A DNA stretch of 64,000 nucleotides from the human T2T-CHM13v2.0 reference genome, Homo sapiens. The notes under the pieces were generated by a model. That model was not told the origin of the DNA. It saw only the letters and a list, made by a program, of their open reading frames with translations, and ran no database searches. The position numbers and the translations under genes were made by a program. Below are positions 1-14,495 of the stretch, in pieces. The stretch is taken from assembly GCF_009914755.1 (NCBI RefSeq), contig NC_060930.1; one strand, given 5' to 3'. Position 1 is the stretch's first letter; each line of letters opens with the position of its first letter.

Positions 1-662
1 TTCATTGGAGGAGGTCAAAATATCATCATTAACAGGAATTTGGAAGAAGCTGATTCCAACACTCATGGTTTACTTCAAGACTTCAGTGGAGGAAGTAACT
101 GCAGATGTGGTAGAAATAGCAAGAGAACCAGAATTAGAAGTGGTGCCTTGAAGATATGACTAAATTGCTACATTCTCATGATAAAACTTGAACAAATGAG
201 GAATTGCTTCTTAGGGATGAGCAAAGAAAGTGGTTTCTTGAGATGAAATCTACTCCTAGTGAAGATGCTGGAATGTTATTGAAATGACAAAAAAAATTAA
301 GAATATTACATAAACTTAGTTGATAAGCAGCAGAATTTGAGAGAATTGAATCAAATTTTGAAAGAAGTTCTGCTTTCAAAATGGGTAAAATGCTATCAAA
401 TAACATCATATGCTAGACCCTCCAACAGCAAAAAGATTACAACTTTCTGAAGGCTTAGATGATTGTTAGCATTTTGTAGCAATAAAGTATTTTTAATTAA
501 GGTTTTTTTTTTGCTATTGCACATGTAATAGACTACAATATAGTGTAACTTTGTTTTCATATGCACTGGGGAAGCCAAAAATGGTGTGACTCACCTCATT
601 ATGATATTTGTTTTATTGCAATTATCTGGAACTGAAACCAAAATATCTCCCAGGTATGCCTG
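1..662 (+). mobile_element. Tigger1 (TcMar/pogo) DNA transposon, 3' part
   Basis: Matches recalled Tigger1 consensus (gacttcagtggaggaagtaactgcagatgtgg...) and ends in terminal ...aggtatgcctg followed by TA. Confidence 0.8.
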
Positions 663-664
663 TA

Positions 665-860
665 CAGCAGTCCCCCCTTATCCACAGTTTCTCTTTCTGC
701 GGTTTCAGTTACCTGTGGTCAACCCTGGTCTGAAAATATTAAGTAGAAAATTCCAGAAATAAACAATTAATAAGTTTTAAATTTGCACCATTTTAAGTAG
801 GGTGATGAAATCTCACACCAGTCCTCTCCATCCCACCTGGGATGTGAATCATCATCCCTC
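665..860 (+). mobile_element. MER44/Tigger7-type DNA transposon fragment
   Basis: Starts cagcagtcccccttatccacagtttc...gaaaattccagaaataaacaa like the MER44 5' end, directly after the TA at 663-664. Confidence 0.7.
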
Positions 861-1099
861 TAAAATCCAGAAACTTTTGAAAGAATGGATATATCTTTCA
901 TTTGCTTAGAAAACTGAGTTTTGGAGACATTTTCTTCACTTGATTTATCTTCCCTACACCTCTTTGATGTTTCCTTCCATTGGAACCATACCAGCGATTA
1001 AAGAACTTGAAGCACTCAATTTACTTTAACTGAATGCAATGGCAGAGATTGGGTTCATGGGTTAATACGTTATCTTTCTGTTTTAGTCCCATCGTGTTT

Positions 1100-1290
1100 A
1101 GAAACTTGGATTAAGAGTCAAACAGGCCTAGGTTCAAATTGCGCATCTATAACTTCCTAGCTGAATATTTGTTGGTAAGTTACTTAATGCCTATATCCTC
1201 CAAATTCAAGTATGAGGATTAAATAAAGCAGTTGAAGAAAGCACTTAGCACAGTCTTCAGCACTAAGTAAGGGCTCAGTGATGTTGATAG
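1100..1290 (+). mobile_element. MIR SINE fragment
   Basis: MIR-like core: agtcaaacaggcctaggttcaaat...aagcacttagcacag. Confidence 0.55.
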
Positions 1291-3584
1291 TCATACATTC
1301 GTTTTCGTGAGTTTTGGTGAATGCCTTTCTCTCACTACACTAGAAATCAATGAGATCAATTACTACCTAGTTTAGTAGTTATTATATCTCTAGCATGTAA
1401 TACAGTGTTTGTCATATAATAGGAGCTCTATAAATATTTGTTAAATATGAAATTATTCATCAATGTAAATATTTTCAGTAATTTTCATTTCAAAAATGAT
1501 AATCTTATCTGAAATAAGGCTGTGTCAACATTTTATCAGCTGAGCCCTTTGAGAATCACTGGAGTTTAACTTGCAGTCAAAAGTTTTTTTCTTGGGCCAT
1601 CTAAACAGCTATAATGAATTTAAACTGGCTAAAATTGCTAGTTTTTGCTAATAACACTGATAATATTCAAAATAGCATGAAAAAGATTCTCCTCTTGATC
1701 ATGTATGACACAGAGCTGTCTTTCCTATTTAAATTATTATAATAATCTCTGATACCTGTAACATGGTTTATCAAGCACAAGGCACTTTACAAATATATAT
1801 AATGGTGTGTAAATATATCAATACACGTGAGACCTTGATGTAGAGGTGGAAATGGAAAGATGATGTAGCTCCTTCACTTTCATCTGCCTCTCCTGGATCT
1901 GTTTTACACTTACATGGCCAGAAAAGAACGCTAGTTATAGTAGAAACTAGTTACAATAACTAGTTAAGGCGGTAACTGATAGAGTTATAAAGATCTTTAT
2001 GTACCCAGGAAAGGGGTTACACTGAAAGCTGTAACTTCACATCAACCCTGTGAGGTAATGAAATTGTTTTTTAACAAGATGATAAATATTAATAGAATAA
2101 TGAGCTAAGATCTTCTGAATCAAGCACCATATTTGTAGGTAGAGTACAGGAAGCATCTTTATTAACTTAAGGTGTTGAGAAACATCCTATTACAGAACAG
2201 GTCATAAATTTATCTTTGAGTGTTTTAAATTATCTGATTTTAGTGTCTTTGACACATTCAAAGGAATGACTTTTGAATTGATCTACCAGTTTGAAATATG
2301 AAAATTGATTTACCTATTTTTTTCTTGTTTAACAATTAGTTCTTTCTTGAGGGGAAAAAGCATAGATTTTGGAAAGCAACATGATAGCATTCTCTGTCAA
2401 TGCATTAAAATTTCTAAATCAAGCTTATTTTTATAATTTATATCATTTTAAAATTTGATGAATAAAGAAATACAGGTCTGCCTCACAGATATATCCAGGT
2501 AAAAAGTATAATTATGAGCATATTTCATAACAGAAAGAAATTTTTAAAATATATTCACTGAAAACTTTTCATAATTGTATCTTTTGTAAAATTGCAGTTT
2601 TATAAAATAAGCATGTATTTGTAGGTAGGGAAAATAACTTCATGTAAACAACGAAGTAGAATTAGTGATTTAATCATTTACAAAAGGATGTATATTTTGT
2701 TATGGATTGAATAGTTGAGTAAAAATGGAAAGGTTGTGTCTTTTACTTCAGTGAGTAAGATGAAGTCAGCCATTACTCTTGTTTTCATTGTTACATTATA
2801 AGTGGCACTTTGGGTTCTATTTATAGGCTTTTCTATGATCTGTGACATGCTAGCTCAGTGACAAAAAAAAATTTTCCCACTTGTGAAAAGCTTACAAGCA
2901 TCAAAAAAATCAATCAATGTTGCTGCTAAGAACATCAAATTTAAACAATATGAGACATCACTTTGGACCAAGTGATTGTCAGCAATTTGGGGGAAAGCAT
3001 GCTGGTTAAAATACGGTAAAACAGGTACTTCCATAACCTCTCTATCAAGACCTTTAAAATATAGAAAATACCCTCAATAAGCAACTATAGAGAAAGGTTT
3101 AGATAAATTATGCCATGCTATAGGAAAATTATACAGACATTAAAGATTTCATTATAGATTTTTTAAACCAAAGTAAATTCTCACAATACTGGCTGAAAGA
3201 AAATTCAGAATATAAATTTTTTAACACACTGTAATTTAGGTTGTGTTAAATTATACATACTCATTTTTGAAAAGACTGAAATCAATAGTGCAAAGGTGAT
3301 TGTTTCTGGAGTGTGGACAATCTTTTCCTATTCTTTATATATGTCTGTGTTTTCCAAATATTCTACAATGATCTGCATCTCTTTGGTATTTAAAAAGAAA
3401 CAAAACATGCCAATAAGAGGAGATATTCTTCCCAAAATATATAATCTATGTCTGCACAGAATATTGAAGTTTTATGTAACTATTTTACATGATCTTTTTC
3501 TCGATCCATTTCTTACCCAGCTTCATTAAGAATATGGTGTGCTCCTATCGCTTCCCTTCAGGCAGGTACTGATTATCCACTGTC

Positions 3585-4527
3585 ATGACCAACCAGAGCT
3601 GCCCAGAAACAGTTCATCTTACTGGGTTTCTCAGGCAGACCCAGGCTGGAGCATGTCCTCTTTGTGTTTGTCCTCATCTTCTACCTTGTGACCTTAGTGG
3701 GCAACATCATCATTATCTTGATCTCCCACCTGGACCCCTGCCTCCACATGCCCATGTACTTCTTCCTCACTAACTTGTCTTTCCTAGATCTCTGCTTCAC
3801 CACCAGTTCTATCCCCCAGCTGCTTTTCAATCTAGGCAGCCCAGGCAAGACTATCAGCCACACGGGCTGTGCCATCCAGCTCTTCATGTTCCTGGGCCTG
3901 GGTGGCAAGAGTGTATTCTCTTGGCAGCCGTGGCCTATGACCGCTTCATTGCAATCTGCAAGCCCCTTCACTATTCTGTCATTATGCACCCTCAGCTGTG
4001 CTGGAAGTTGGTGTCTGTGGCCCGGGGGTGTTGGACTCCTCAGTTCTCTAGTTATGTCTCCTGTGACTATGAAGCTGCCACGATGTGGAAGATGTAAGTT
4101 GAAACATTTCCTGTGTGAGATGCCAGCTCTAATAAAAATCACCTGTGTGGACACAGTGGCTATGGAGAGCACTGTTTTCACCTTATCGGTAGTAATTGTC
4201 CTGATGCCTTTGTGTCTTATCCTCATCTCTTATAGCTACATTGCCCTAGCAGTGCTGAGAATCAAGTCAGCCGCAGGAAGAAGGAAGGCCTTCAATATGT
4301 GCGGGTCCCACCTCACCGTGGTCTCCTTGTTTTATGGGAATATTATCTATATGTATATGCAACCATGAAATAATTCTTCTCAGGACCAAGGGAAGTTCCT
4401 TACCCTTTTCTACAACTTAATGACCCCCATGTTAAACCCTGTCATCTATACACTGAGAAACAAGGATGTAAAAGGTGCACTGAAGAGGCTTGTGTCTAGA
4501 AAACACAGTGACAGTGACTGCTCTTGA
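3585..4527 (+). pseudogene. OR2W2P: Family-2 olfactory receptor pseudogene
   Basis: OR motifs [23 protein letters not shown] (shifted frame), [35 protein letters not shown]. Frameshifts near 3612, 3908 and 4025; premature TGA 4366-4368; natural TGA 4525-4527. Symbol inferred from recalled gene order. Confidence 0.8.
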
Positions 4528-5875
4528 GACTGCTTCTTTACTTATTTAATAGAAATAAATAATTCTTGAAGTGAAACTTCAAAATTCATTTAAATATTCC
4601 TACCTACCCAATACAAACCTACAGAGGCAGAACTTGGGAATACTTATTGTAAAGCCCTGAATAAAATGCTGATGACTAGTTAGATTACAGCTGAAATTTA
4701 ATCTGTATAACATGTTGTATCTGACATGTCAAATCATTTTTTCTCCTCCTTTCCAAATTGACCACAGCTAATTAAAATCCAACAGAACCATAAATCAATG
4801 CTTTAGTACTGTGGATTGACTGACAGAAGTTATGCTTTGGAAAAATTATATGATCATCTTTCCCATTAGTAGTTTGTGTAATCATCATTTATTTCATGGA
4901 ATTGAGCCAATGGAGTGCCAAAATACCTACAATATCTTCTGGTAGGTATAAATTTTGTTATATGGAAAAGATAGAACATTAGCTTAGACATGGTCTATGA
5001 CATCATTAAAATTTTTGAGCTTAACACTGTTTCACTGATCAGCTGCATTAAAATTACATAAAGATATATATATGTGTGTCTGTGTGTGTATATATATATA
5101 TATACACACACAGACACACATATGTTTGTTTCAAGTTCCAACCACAGTGATTGTGAGTTTTTGAAAGTCTGGAAATATTTTGTTGAAAAAGCTCCTTGTG
5201 AGATTCTAACATGAATATACATTTGAAAACAAATGATCAATTCAGAATCCTTTCATTTGATAGATTAGGAAACATTATCAAACAGACCACAAATAGTAGA
5301 GCTAAGAATTTAATACAAGTGTCTGAATACATCAGAATGAATATAAATGTTCTCACTTTTTAAATATAAATTTCATGTAAGGGGCTGTTAAAAGTGACAA
5401 TAATAAAAGCGAGTATGAAAGCTGTGTGTTTACAAGTATGCATGCATACTCATTTATACACACAAGCATTATGGTGCTTGTGCAAAGATACACATGATTA
5501 ATTTCTAAAACATATGGAATAATTGTGATTTATGATCCTATGTTTTCCTGGTAATAGAAGAAAAACAAACATATTCAAAAGTGTCTTCTCACTATGATTC
5601 ATGCTAAGGACAAGGGTTCTATCCTACTGAGCCCTTCAAATAGCTACTTTATTTAAGTTACTTTTTCAATGAAATTTTCAAGTAGACATTGCTGAATAGG
5701 GCTTTGACACAATCCAAAACCCTAAATAATTTTATTACGTTGTTTTCTTTTTATTGGAGACATTTGTATTTATTTTATTAAAAAGCATATTGAACTGATA
5801 TTATGGGCTAGGTGCCACATTAAGTAATATGCATTTGTGTCCAAAGAAAAAAACAATAGAGGCCACTTAAAAGAT

Positions 5876-6172
5876 TGAAACCATCATTCTCAGCAAACTC
5901 TCGCAAGGACAAAAAAACCAAGCACCGCATGTTCTCACTCATAGGTGGGAATTGAACAATGAGAACATTTGGACACAGGAAGGGGAACATCACACACCAG
6001 GGCCTGTTGTGGGGTTGGGGGAGCGGGGAGGGAAAGCATTAGGAGATATACCTAATGTAAATGACGAGTTAATGGGTGCAGCACACCAACATGGCACATG
6101 TATACATATGTAACAAACCTGCATGTTGTGCACATGTACCTTAGAACTTAAAGTATTTTATATATATATATG
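5876..6172 (+). mobile_element. L1PA 3' end (5'-truncated LINE-1)
   Basis: gaaaccatcattctcagcaaact...gttctcactcataggtgggaattgaacaatgagaac...tagaacttaaagtat is the primate L1 3' UTR. Confidence 0.9.
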
Positions 6173-6187
6173 AAAAAAATGAAAAAG

Positions 6188-6348
6188 AATTAGCCAGTTG
6201 TGATGGCACACACCTCTAGTCCCAGCTACTCAGGAGGCTGAGGCGGGAGGATCGCTTGAGCCCAGGAGACTGACACTGCAGTAAGCCACGTTCATGCCAT
6301 GGCACTCCAGATTGGGCAACAGAGTGAGACCCTGTCTCAAAAAAAAAG
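6188..6348 (+). mobile_element. Alu right monomer with target-site duplication (TSD)
   Basis: Alu right arm plus poly-A; aatgaaaaagaatt at 6178-6191 and 6349-6362. Confidence 0.8.
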
Positions 6349-7525
6349 AATGAAAAAGAATTTTCCTGGGGTAAAACTGGATAAGGTCAGTTTATTTCTT
6401 AGTTCAGAAAGTGTTTCTGTCTTTGGAGTGCTCCAGTTTCCTCTCTACTCTCACTCACATCACAGTGACAATTCTTGATTTGTTTTGTTTTGTTTTGTTT
6501 TGAGACAGGGTCTTGCTCTGTTGCCCAGGCTGGAGTTCAGTGGCACAATCACAGTCATAGTGACTGTTCTTACTGCTTTATTTTTTCCCCTCTTAAGACA
6601 ACCTCCAAATCCAAAATGCACACTAAAAATGAATTTCAAACACCAGGTATTATATTTCCAACTATTTTCTAGCCAAAATCATCTATGTGATGGACAAATT
6701 TAACTTTTACAAATCAAACTCATCCTATGTAAAGCAAAATATTTCTTTATTTTGGTTCATCTTTTTCCTCCAATAGAAGAGGATTTTGCAAAGATTAAAA
6801 ACATTAGAAATATATTTGGCTCCTACCTCTGCCTTCATCTGAAATCCTGCAAGGAGAAAACCATGTAGGCCCTAGCATGCAGCAGATACCCTATAAATAT
6901 TTGCTGATAGAATGAATAAAAAGTCATTTATTAATCTTTTAAATTTTTTCTTATGAAAATAATTATATGATTTAAAAATAATAAGATATTTATCACTTCC
7001 TATAAATCTCTGCATGTCTGCATGGCCCACAAATTTGGGGTAATTCTGACATGAGAAATCAAAGTGGGAGCTCCAAAGGGGCCCTTACCTCACCTTACCT
7101 TACCTTGAGGTAAGGGTCAATGAGAAAAAATCCTGTCCTGCAAAAGGCAGAAAAGAAATTTCCCCATCTTGACCTTGAAGAATAAAATTAGAGTGGCTAC
7201 TGGACAGAGGGAGGCTTTCCCTTGAAAATTATAATGTCAAGTCTCTCAATTAACATAGTTACAGCCAAAACTCACACTATGGGGTCTGAGAAATAGAAAA
7301 TGTAATATAAAGTTGTCCTACCTTGATAAAACAACACCACAGTTAGTTTCTTTTTCCTCTATAAGTGATCTGTACTTTCTTTCTGAATGCTTTATAATTT
7401 TCTCTGTCTTTAATATTCTAAATTTAACTATAATATGCCTCAATGCGAGTTTTTCCTTATCTCTCTTTGGATTTCTATAGTCTCCTTTAAACAGAAATTT
7501 TCACTTTTTTTTCTTCCAAAACTGA

Positions 7526-7879
<354 letters not shown>

Positions 7880-8809
7880 TGACACTTGGACTTCTATCCA
7901 TCCTATCTCTCCAGTTTACACTTCAGTTTTCTTTTACTTTGTGTTTTCCTTCTTTCTTGTATGAGATTTCTTCATACTCTCCAGTTCACCAGTTCATCAT
8001 GCAGGTATAGCCATTATATTTGTTATCTACTTTCATATTTATTAAAACAAATATGTATTTTATGTCATTTCAGTTTGGTTTCATTAAAAATTTTTCTTTT
8101 ACTTGTTTAATACTGGTAATCCATTTACTAGGCTCATTTGATATTTTTCCATGTTTTATTGGAATTTTAAATCTAGTATTTCTTTTTTAATTGAAATAGC
8201 TGTTCTGTCTAAACATTTTGTGATTTTTGGCCTGTGTGCTTATTTTCCTCTCAGTGTATTGGGTCCTCTCTATGTCATTGTGTATAAACGAAGACCAAAC
8301 CCCACTGTGCCTCACCCACAAACATTAAAGCAAGGATGGCATGAATCCTGCAGTAGAGTGTTGGGGAAATAACTGCCTGAGGTTTGTTAGTCATAACCCT
8401 TACTCTTTTTTCTCAGCCCCTTATAAGCACAGGAGTACTGCTCTGATTTTATTCCTGAGGGTGCTTGGACCAGAATTACGTTCGTTGCAGTAGTAAGGCA
8501 AGCACCATGTGTGGTAAGACAGTAGCAGGGGAAAAGCTACAGCAGAACACTCACAATTAACCTTTTATTTTAACCTCTTATAATTGTGCTGGAAAGTTCT
8601 CTACCCCAGGTTCAACTACCATCCCACACGGCCAGTACCTCTGGCTTTCTTACAGTTTTATCTGTTTACCTTCTCTAGTTTTTCTGGGATTTAACTTGAG
8701 GGAGGCAGTCAGCATTCATCATAATTCAGCATCCTGTTCAGGACCAGACTCTGTTTTTTAGTTCCTTTAGTCTTTTATTTCTTGCTCATATTTTCAGAAC
8801 ACTCTTTAA

Positions 8810-9091
<282 letters not shown>

Positions 9092-11832
9092 TAAGCAAAT
9101 TGTCCTAAAGAAGAAGAATAATAGTTCAGATTTGATTTCTCATTCCTTGAAAGAAGAATTCCCTGTATCTATCCACTGAGTATAAGGAAGCATTAATAAA
9201 TCAGGCATAAAATATAAAATAACTGAGATATAATATTGAACAAGAAAGTGAAATTATACAGTAATTCAGAGAGAAGCTCTAGGTTTCAAGGGTTGAAAAA
9301 TCTGAGTGAAAGAAATAAACATAAAAGTCTTATTTATACGACAATCAAATGTAACTTCACAAAGCAGCCCTAGCTTTATCAGTAACCTGGTTTTAAAAGC
9401 CATACCAAAATTGCTTCCTGAAAAGAATCAGTTTCACATTCTTTTAAACTAATTGATTCTATTTTTCTTTAACACCTCTTTTCTTTCACTAGATTCCTTT
9501 TTAATGATATCTTGAGTTGGGTACCTACATGATTATTTTTATTCTTTCTTGTTTAGTAATAAAAGCAGTTTGACTTCTTCTGGAGGCATAAAATAGGCAT
9601 TGTCAACACAACTTCATGGAGGAGGCAATGTTTTAACTGAACTATAAAAGTCAAAAAAAGAATTCCGTGTGTAAGGACATTCAAAGTGAAAGGAGCATCA
9701 TAGGGAAAAGACAAACCATGAAAGCAGAGAAATAGGAGACGCCACATCAAGACACCACCATGCTTACACGTTGGCACTTTATTCTGAAGACCAAAATGAA
9801 CTGCCAAAGAAGCTTAAACCTAAAATAAAATTATTGTTTTTACATATAAAGATGATTTTTCACATCTATATTTATGATCTCACCTTTTAAATCAGTATCT
9901 ACTTTTGAAAATGTACATGTAACCTTCAACATGTACACAGAGAATAAGATAAACTAATTTATGTAGTTTTGTTTCAATCCTACACAATTAGAGTTGATTT
10001 TTACTCCATATTTAGATTTCCAGAATCCCAGCTCATTAATTTCATATTTATTAAGCATAAAAGCTTTAAGACCTAGAATGCATGGGACATGGAATTAAGC
10101 ACTAGGGATAAAAGAAGAAGAAAAAAATAGGTCATGTCCTGGAGGAGCTCACACTCGAGGCAGCCAAAGATTAATTACCTTAGGCATTGATTAGTAATAA
10201 TAATAATAATTAGTTAGAAAGTGTTATCGGATCTCAAAAAAGAGAGAAAATGTGAGTTTTCTTTGTAAAGAATATGACCCTTGAGCAAACTCTTGAATTA
10301 GGAATGGAGAGTTTGAATTGGAAATTAAGGCAGGATAATACCTTTCAGATGAAACAATGTAATAGAGTAATAGGATGTATAATAGAATGCTGGCCCCAAA
10401 CTGGGATGGTAGATTTAAGTTGTGAGTTTGTTTCTACAACTACAGAGTCCATTGAATAAATACAACTTTATATATTAAAGGTGTGCTTTTTCTTTAAACT
10501 TGTAGAGAATAGTAATTGAGGCCGTTTTAAGCAAGGAAGTGATGTGATTATCAGTTTTAGGAAAAATAAATAATAACACTGTGAAAACTGAGTCTGTTCA
10601 ATTGGAAGCTCTCTTAGAAGATGAATTTAATGGTTGGTTCACACAAAGGTAAAAAGATATTAACTAATATATTGATAACAAATGGAAAATATGTGCTGAA
10701 GAGTGAATGTATTCTAAAACCATGTCAAAGGGAGAATCAACAAAGCTTAGGTTGACTATTGGGAGCAAAACATAGGGAAGAATCAATAATAATTCAGGGG
10801 CTCTCACTGCAGTTACTAAGGATTTGGTATTGAGATTCTGGATATTTGACATACAAAGACAGGAACTGGTTTCAGAAAATCACAAGCTGAATTGTAAAAC
10901 CATTGGAAATTTAGACTTCACAAATAAGCTATGTGTAGATAGCCAATATTCCATTTGATTTAGTATGGAACTCAAGAAGGAAGACTAAATTCTACATATG
11001 GATTGAAGATTTATCATATAGATAGATGTTAGAGCCAAGCAAATGGAAAAGTATCCCAGGGACAGTGTGGAGAGAGATGAAAAAAGAGCGAAAGATAGAA
11101 CATGTGAAACCTAAACAATGAGGTTTGTCTCCAGTGAGAAAGAAAACTCAGAATCAGGGATCAAAGGAATAATAGAAAAAGAACAAGAGAGAAGTCCATG
11201 GATAACATAATTTCTTAAAAGAGGAGATCATCAAGCCCAAATTACATCAAGTGAGATTATGGGGTTAGCTTGTCTACTTTGTGTGATGGGAAGGATCCTG
11301 GAGATTCCACTGAAAGCAGCTTGACTAGAGTGGGAGAAGAAGGCAAATGACAGCATTGGGAAGTGTCGATGAGAGGAGAAAAAATATGGATGTTTTATGT
11401 CCTATCTCAAAGATTGTAAGTTAATGGAAGAGGAGAACTAGAAGGATATAAGAGGTAGGGAGGTTCACTTTCTATTTTTATTTTTCTGATAGGATAGACT
11501 TGGGCATATTTTTAGGCTATCAAGAAAGAGATAATGGATACCAGAAGGTGAAAATCAGATCAGATACAACTGGATGACACAGTCTCAAAAAATGGGAAAG
11601 GAATAGAGTTGATAGCACCATTGGAAAATTTATTTTTTGAGTGAAGCAATAATAGCACAAGCATATAAGTAATATGAAAGAGAAAAGGCACAGGAATCTG
11701 TGCTTAATTACTTCTTTTTTCTCTTTTTAAGTAAGAATAAATATTTCTGAAAATAAGGATAAAGAATTTAGAGATTGGCAAAAACAATGCAATCACTACT
11801 ACCAGATGTGAGAAGTGGAAGTTAGAAGTTAG

Positions 11833-12207
<375 letters not shown>

Positions 12208-13529
12208 TAGACTATCTGATGTCAACTCTCCAGAGTCTTCCTCTTTGGCTGCTCCCCAGAGGCAGCCAAACTCTGGCTACCTGAACTGAGGCTAATGAGT
12301 TACATGGAGCAGGACACTCTTGGGGCCACTAAAAATAAACACATCCTGAAGCATCTCAGTCCCTAAAGCATGCACCTTGACTTTGGTGGTTTATAAAAAT
12401 ATCCCAGACATAACATTGGCCCCTTTAGTCATCGGCAGATTCCTTAGAATTCATTGATTCCAATTTCTGTTTACTTATAGATTCAACTGACCACCCTAAT
12501 TTATACTCCCTCATATGCACTGAAATACACTTAAAAAAAGAGTGGACAATCTTCCTGGGAAAATCCTGGGGATTGCCTAACTTATAATAGCAGTAAATTT
12601 AAAAAGAAATGGTACTACCTTTAACAGAATCTGGGTGAGTAGCAATTTTCACTTTCCTTGCCTTTGACGATTAACCATTTTCAAGGATTATTCTCTCTGA
12701 GGGTGGCATATTTTAAAGCATGCTTTAAATATGTGGATCTGTATTTATCTACTTTATCCTCTAACTCTGTTCTGTAGTTTCATAGCCAAACCCACCAGTT
12801 GTTAATCACTGAATGTACCATATTTGGAGAACCAAATTTCATGTGGTTTCATATTTTTGATATTAACCTTCTCATCAACATGCCCATCTTCTAGTTTCAT
12901 AGAACTATAGTGGTTCTTCTAAAACCATCTTACTTCTTCTAGAAGATAGTTGAATGTCTGTAATCTTTGTCATTCTTCTGTGAAAGATGAGTCCAACACC
13001 CATTCAATTGCTTCCTAAGCCAGCTGAGATGGTGTGTTTCAGTCTTGATCCCTTAAAAATGCTGATGGTACTCCCTATAGAATTGATGTCTATGCATGAG
13101 TTTGCTATTTACTTAGAGTAAGTTTTAGACTAGAAGAGAAATCTGAACTCTAGATTAACTGAACACCCCTACACTAAAGAAGTGAATGGATAAGTGTGCA
13201 ATCTGTAATGGTGTTTTAGATCTGTTTTGTAAAGAGTAATAAGGATATGTATTTTTTAAAATGCCATCATCGGAGAGTTACCGCCAAGTGAGGGGAATCA
13301 GGTTTCCCTATTACTGTAGACTTCCACTATTCACACACGAACAGAAATGAGAGGAATAGCAATATTATCAATAATAATCTTAATGATTATCATTATCATA
13401 CCGTACCTCATTTATGAACTTGGAATAGAATAGCATTCATATCTGGATCTTAGGCTTACCACTGGGTAGCAGGGATTTATAATAAACAATCATTACAACT
13501 TGGCAGAAGATATGATTACATTATGCTAT

Positions 13530-14176
13530 TGTTATGAGTTGAACTGCATCCCCCAGAAGATATGTTCATGCCATAACTCTCCAGTTTCTGTGAATGTGAT
13601 CTTATTTGTAAATAGGGCCTTTGCATATGTTATCAAGTTAAGATAAGGTTACACTCAATTTGGATGGGCCCTAACACAACATGCCTGAACACAACATCCC
13701 TGAAATCCCAGCAACTGGAAGGTGGAGACAGGAGGATCTCTTGAGCCCAGGAGCTCTAGGCTGCAGTGAGCTGAAATTGTGCTACTGCACTCCAGCCTGC
13801 CTGACATTCCAAGGCCCTGTCTCAAAAAAAAAGAAAGGAAGCAGGAGGGAGGGAAGGATGCAAGGAAGGAAGGGAGGGAGGGAGGGAGGGAGGGAAGGAA
13901 GGAAGGAGGGAGGGAGGGAGGGAGGGAAGGAAGGAAGGAGGGAAGGAAGGAAGGAAGGAAGGAAGGAAGGAAGAAAGGAGGGAGGGAGGGAGGGAGGGAG
14001 AGACAGAAAGAAGGAAAGAAAAAGAAAGAAAGAAAGAAAGAAAGAAAAAAGAAAGAAAGAAAGAAGAGAGAAAGAAGGAAGGAAGAAAAAAGGGGGGAGG
14101 GAGGGAGGAAGGAAGGAAGGAGAAAAGAAAAAGAGAAAGAGGGAGGGAGGGAAGGAAGGAAGGAAAGAGAAAGAAA

Positions 14177-14208
<32 letters not shown>

Positions 14209-14495
14209 GAAAAAGAAAAGATAGACACATAAAAGGAGAATGACATATGACTGGAGGCAGAGATTGAAGTGCTGCAGGTGCAAGCCAAGGAGTGCCAAAA
14301 ATTGCCAGAAAGCCATCAGAAGCTAGAAGGATGCAAGAAAGGATCATCCCCTTCAGGTGCCAGAGGGAGCATGGCCCTGCTTACACCTTGATTTCAAACT
14401 TCTAGCCGTCAGAATTGTGAGACAATAAATGTCTACTATCTTAAGCCATCTGAGTACTGGAACTCTGCTATGGCAGCCCTAGGAAACTAATACAA
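13530..14495 (+). mobile_element. MLT1-type MaLR LTR interrupted by an Alu monomer and purine repeats
   Basis: Starts tgttatgagttgaactgcatcccc and ends ...gcagccctaggaaactaataca, typical MLT1 termini; Alu monomer at ~13700-13832. Confidence 0.75.
13833..14220. repeat. Compound (GGAG)n/(GGAA)n/(GAAA)n polypurine microsatellite
   Basis: Directly visible; 8 consecutive GGAA at 13941-13972. Confidence 0.95.

Noticed and set aside
3681-4226. 181-aa antisense ORF, and similar shadow ORFs over the other OR and ZNF exons
   Set aside because: Antisense or alternative frames of real coding sequence with no independent motifs.
13655-14347. Five overlapping 150-230 aa ORFs
   Set aside because: Low-complexity translations of the GGAA/GAAA microsatellite.
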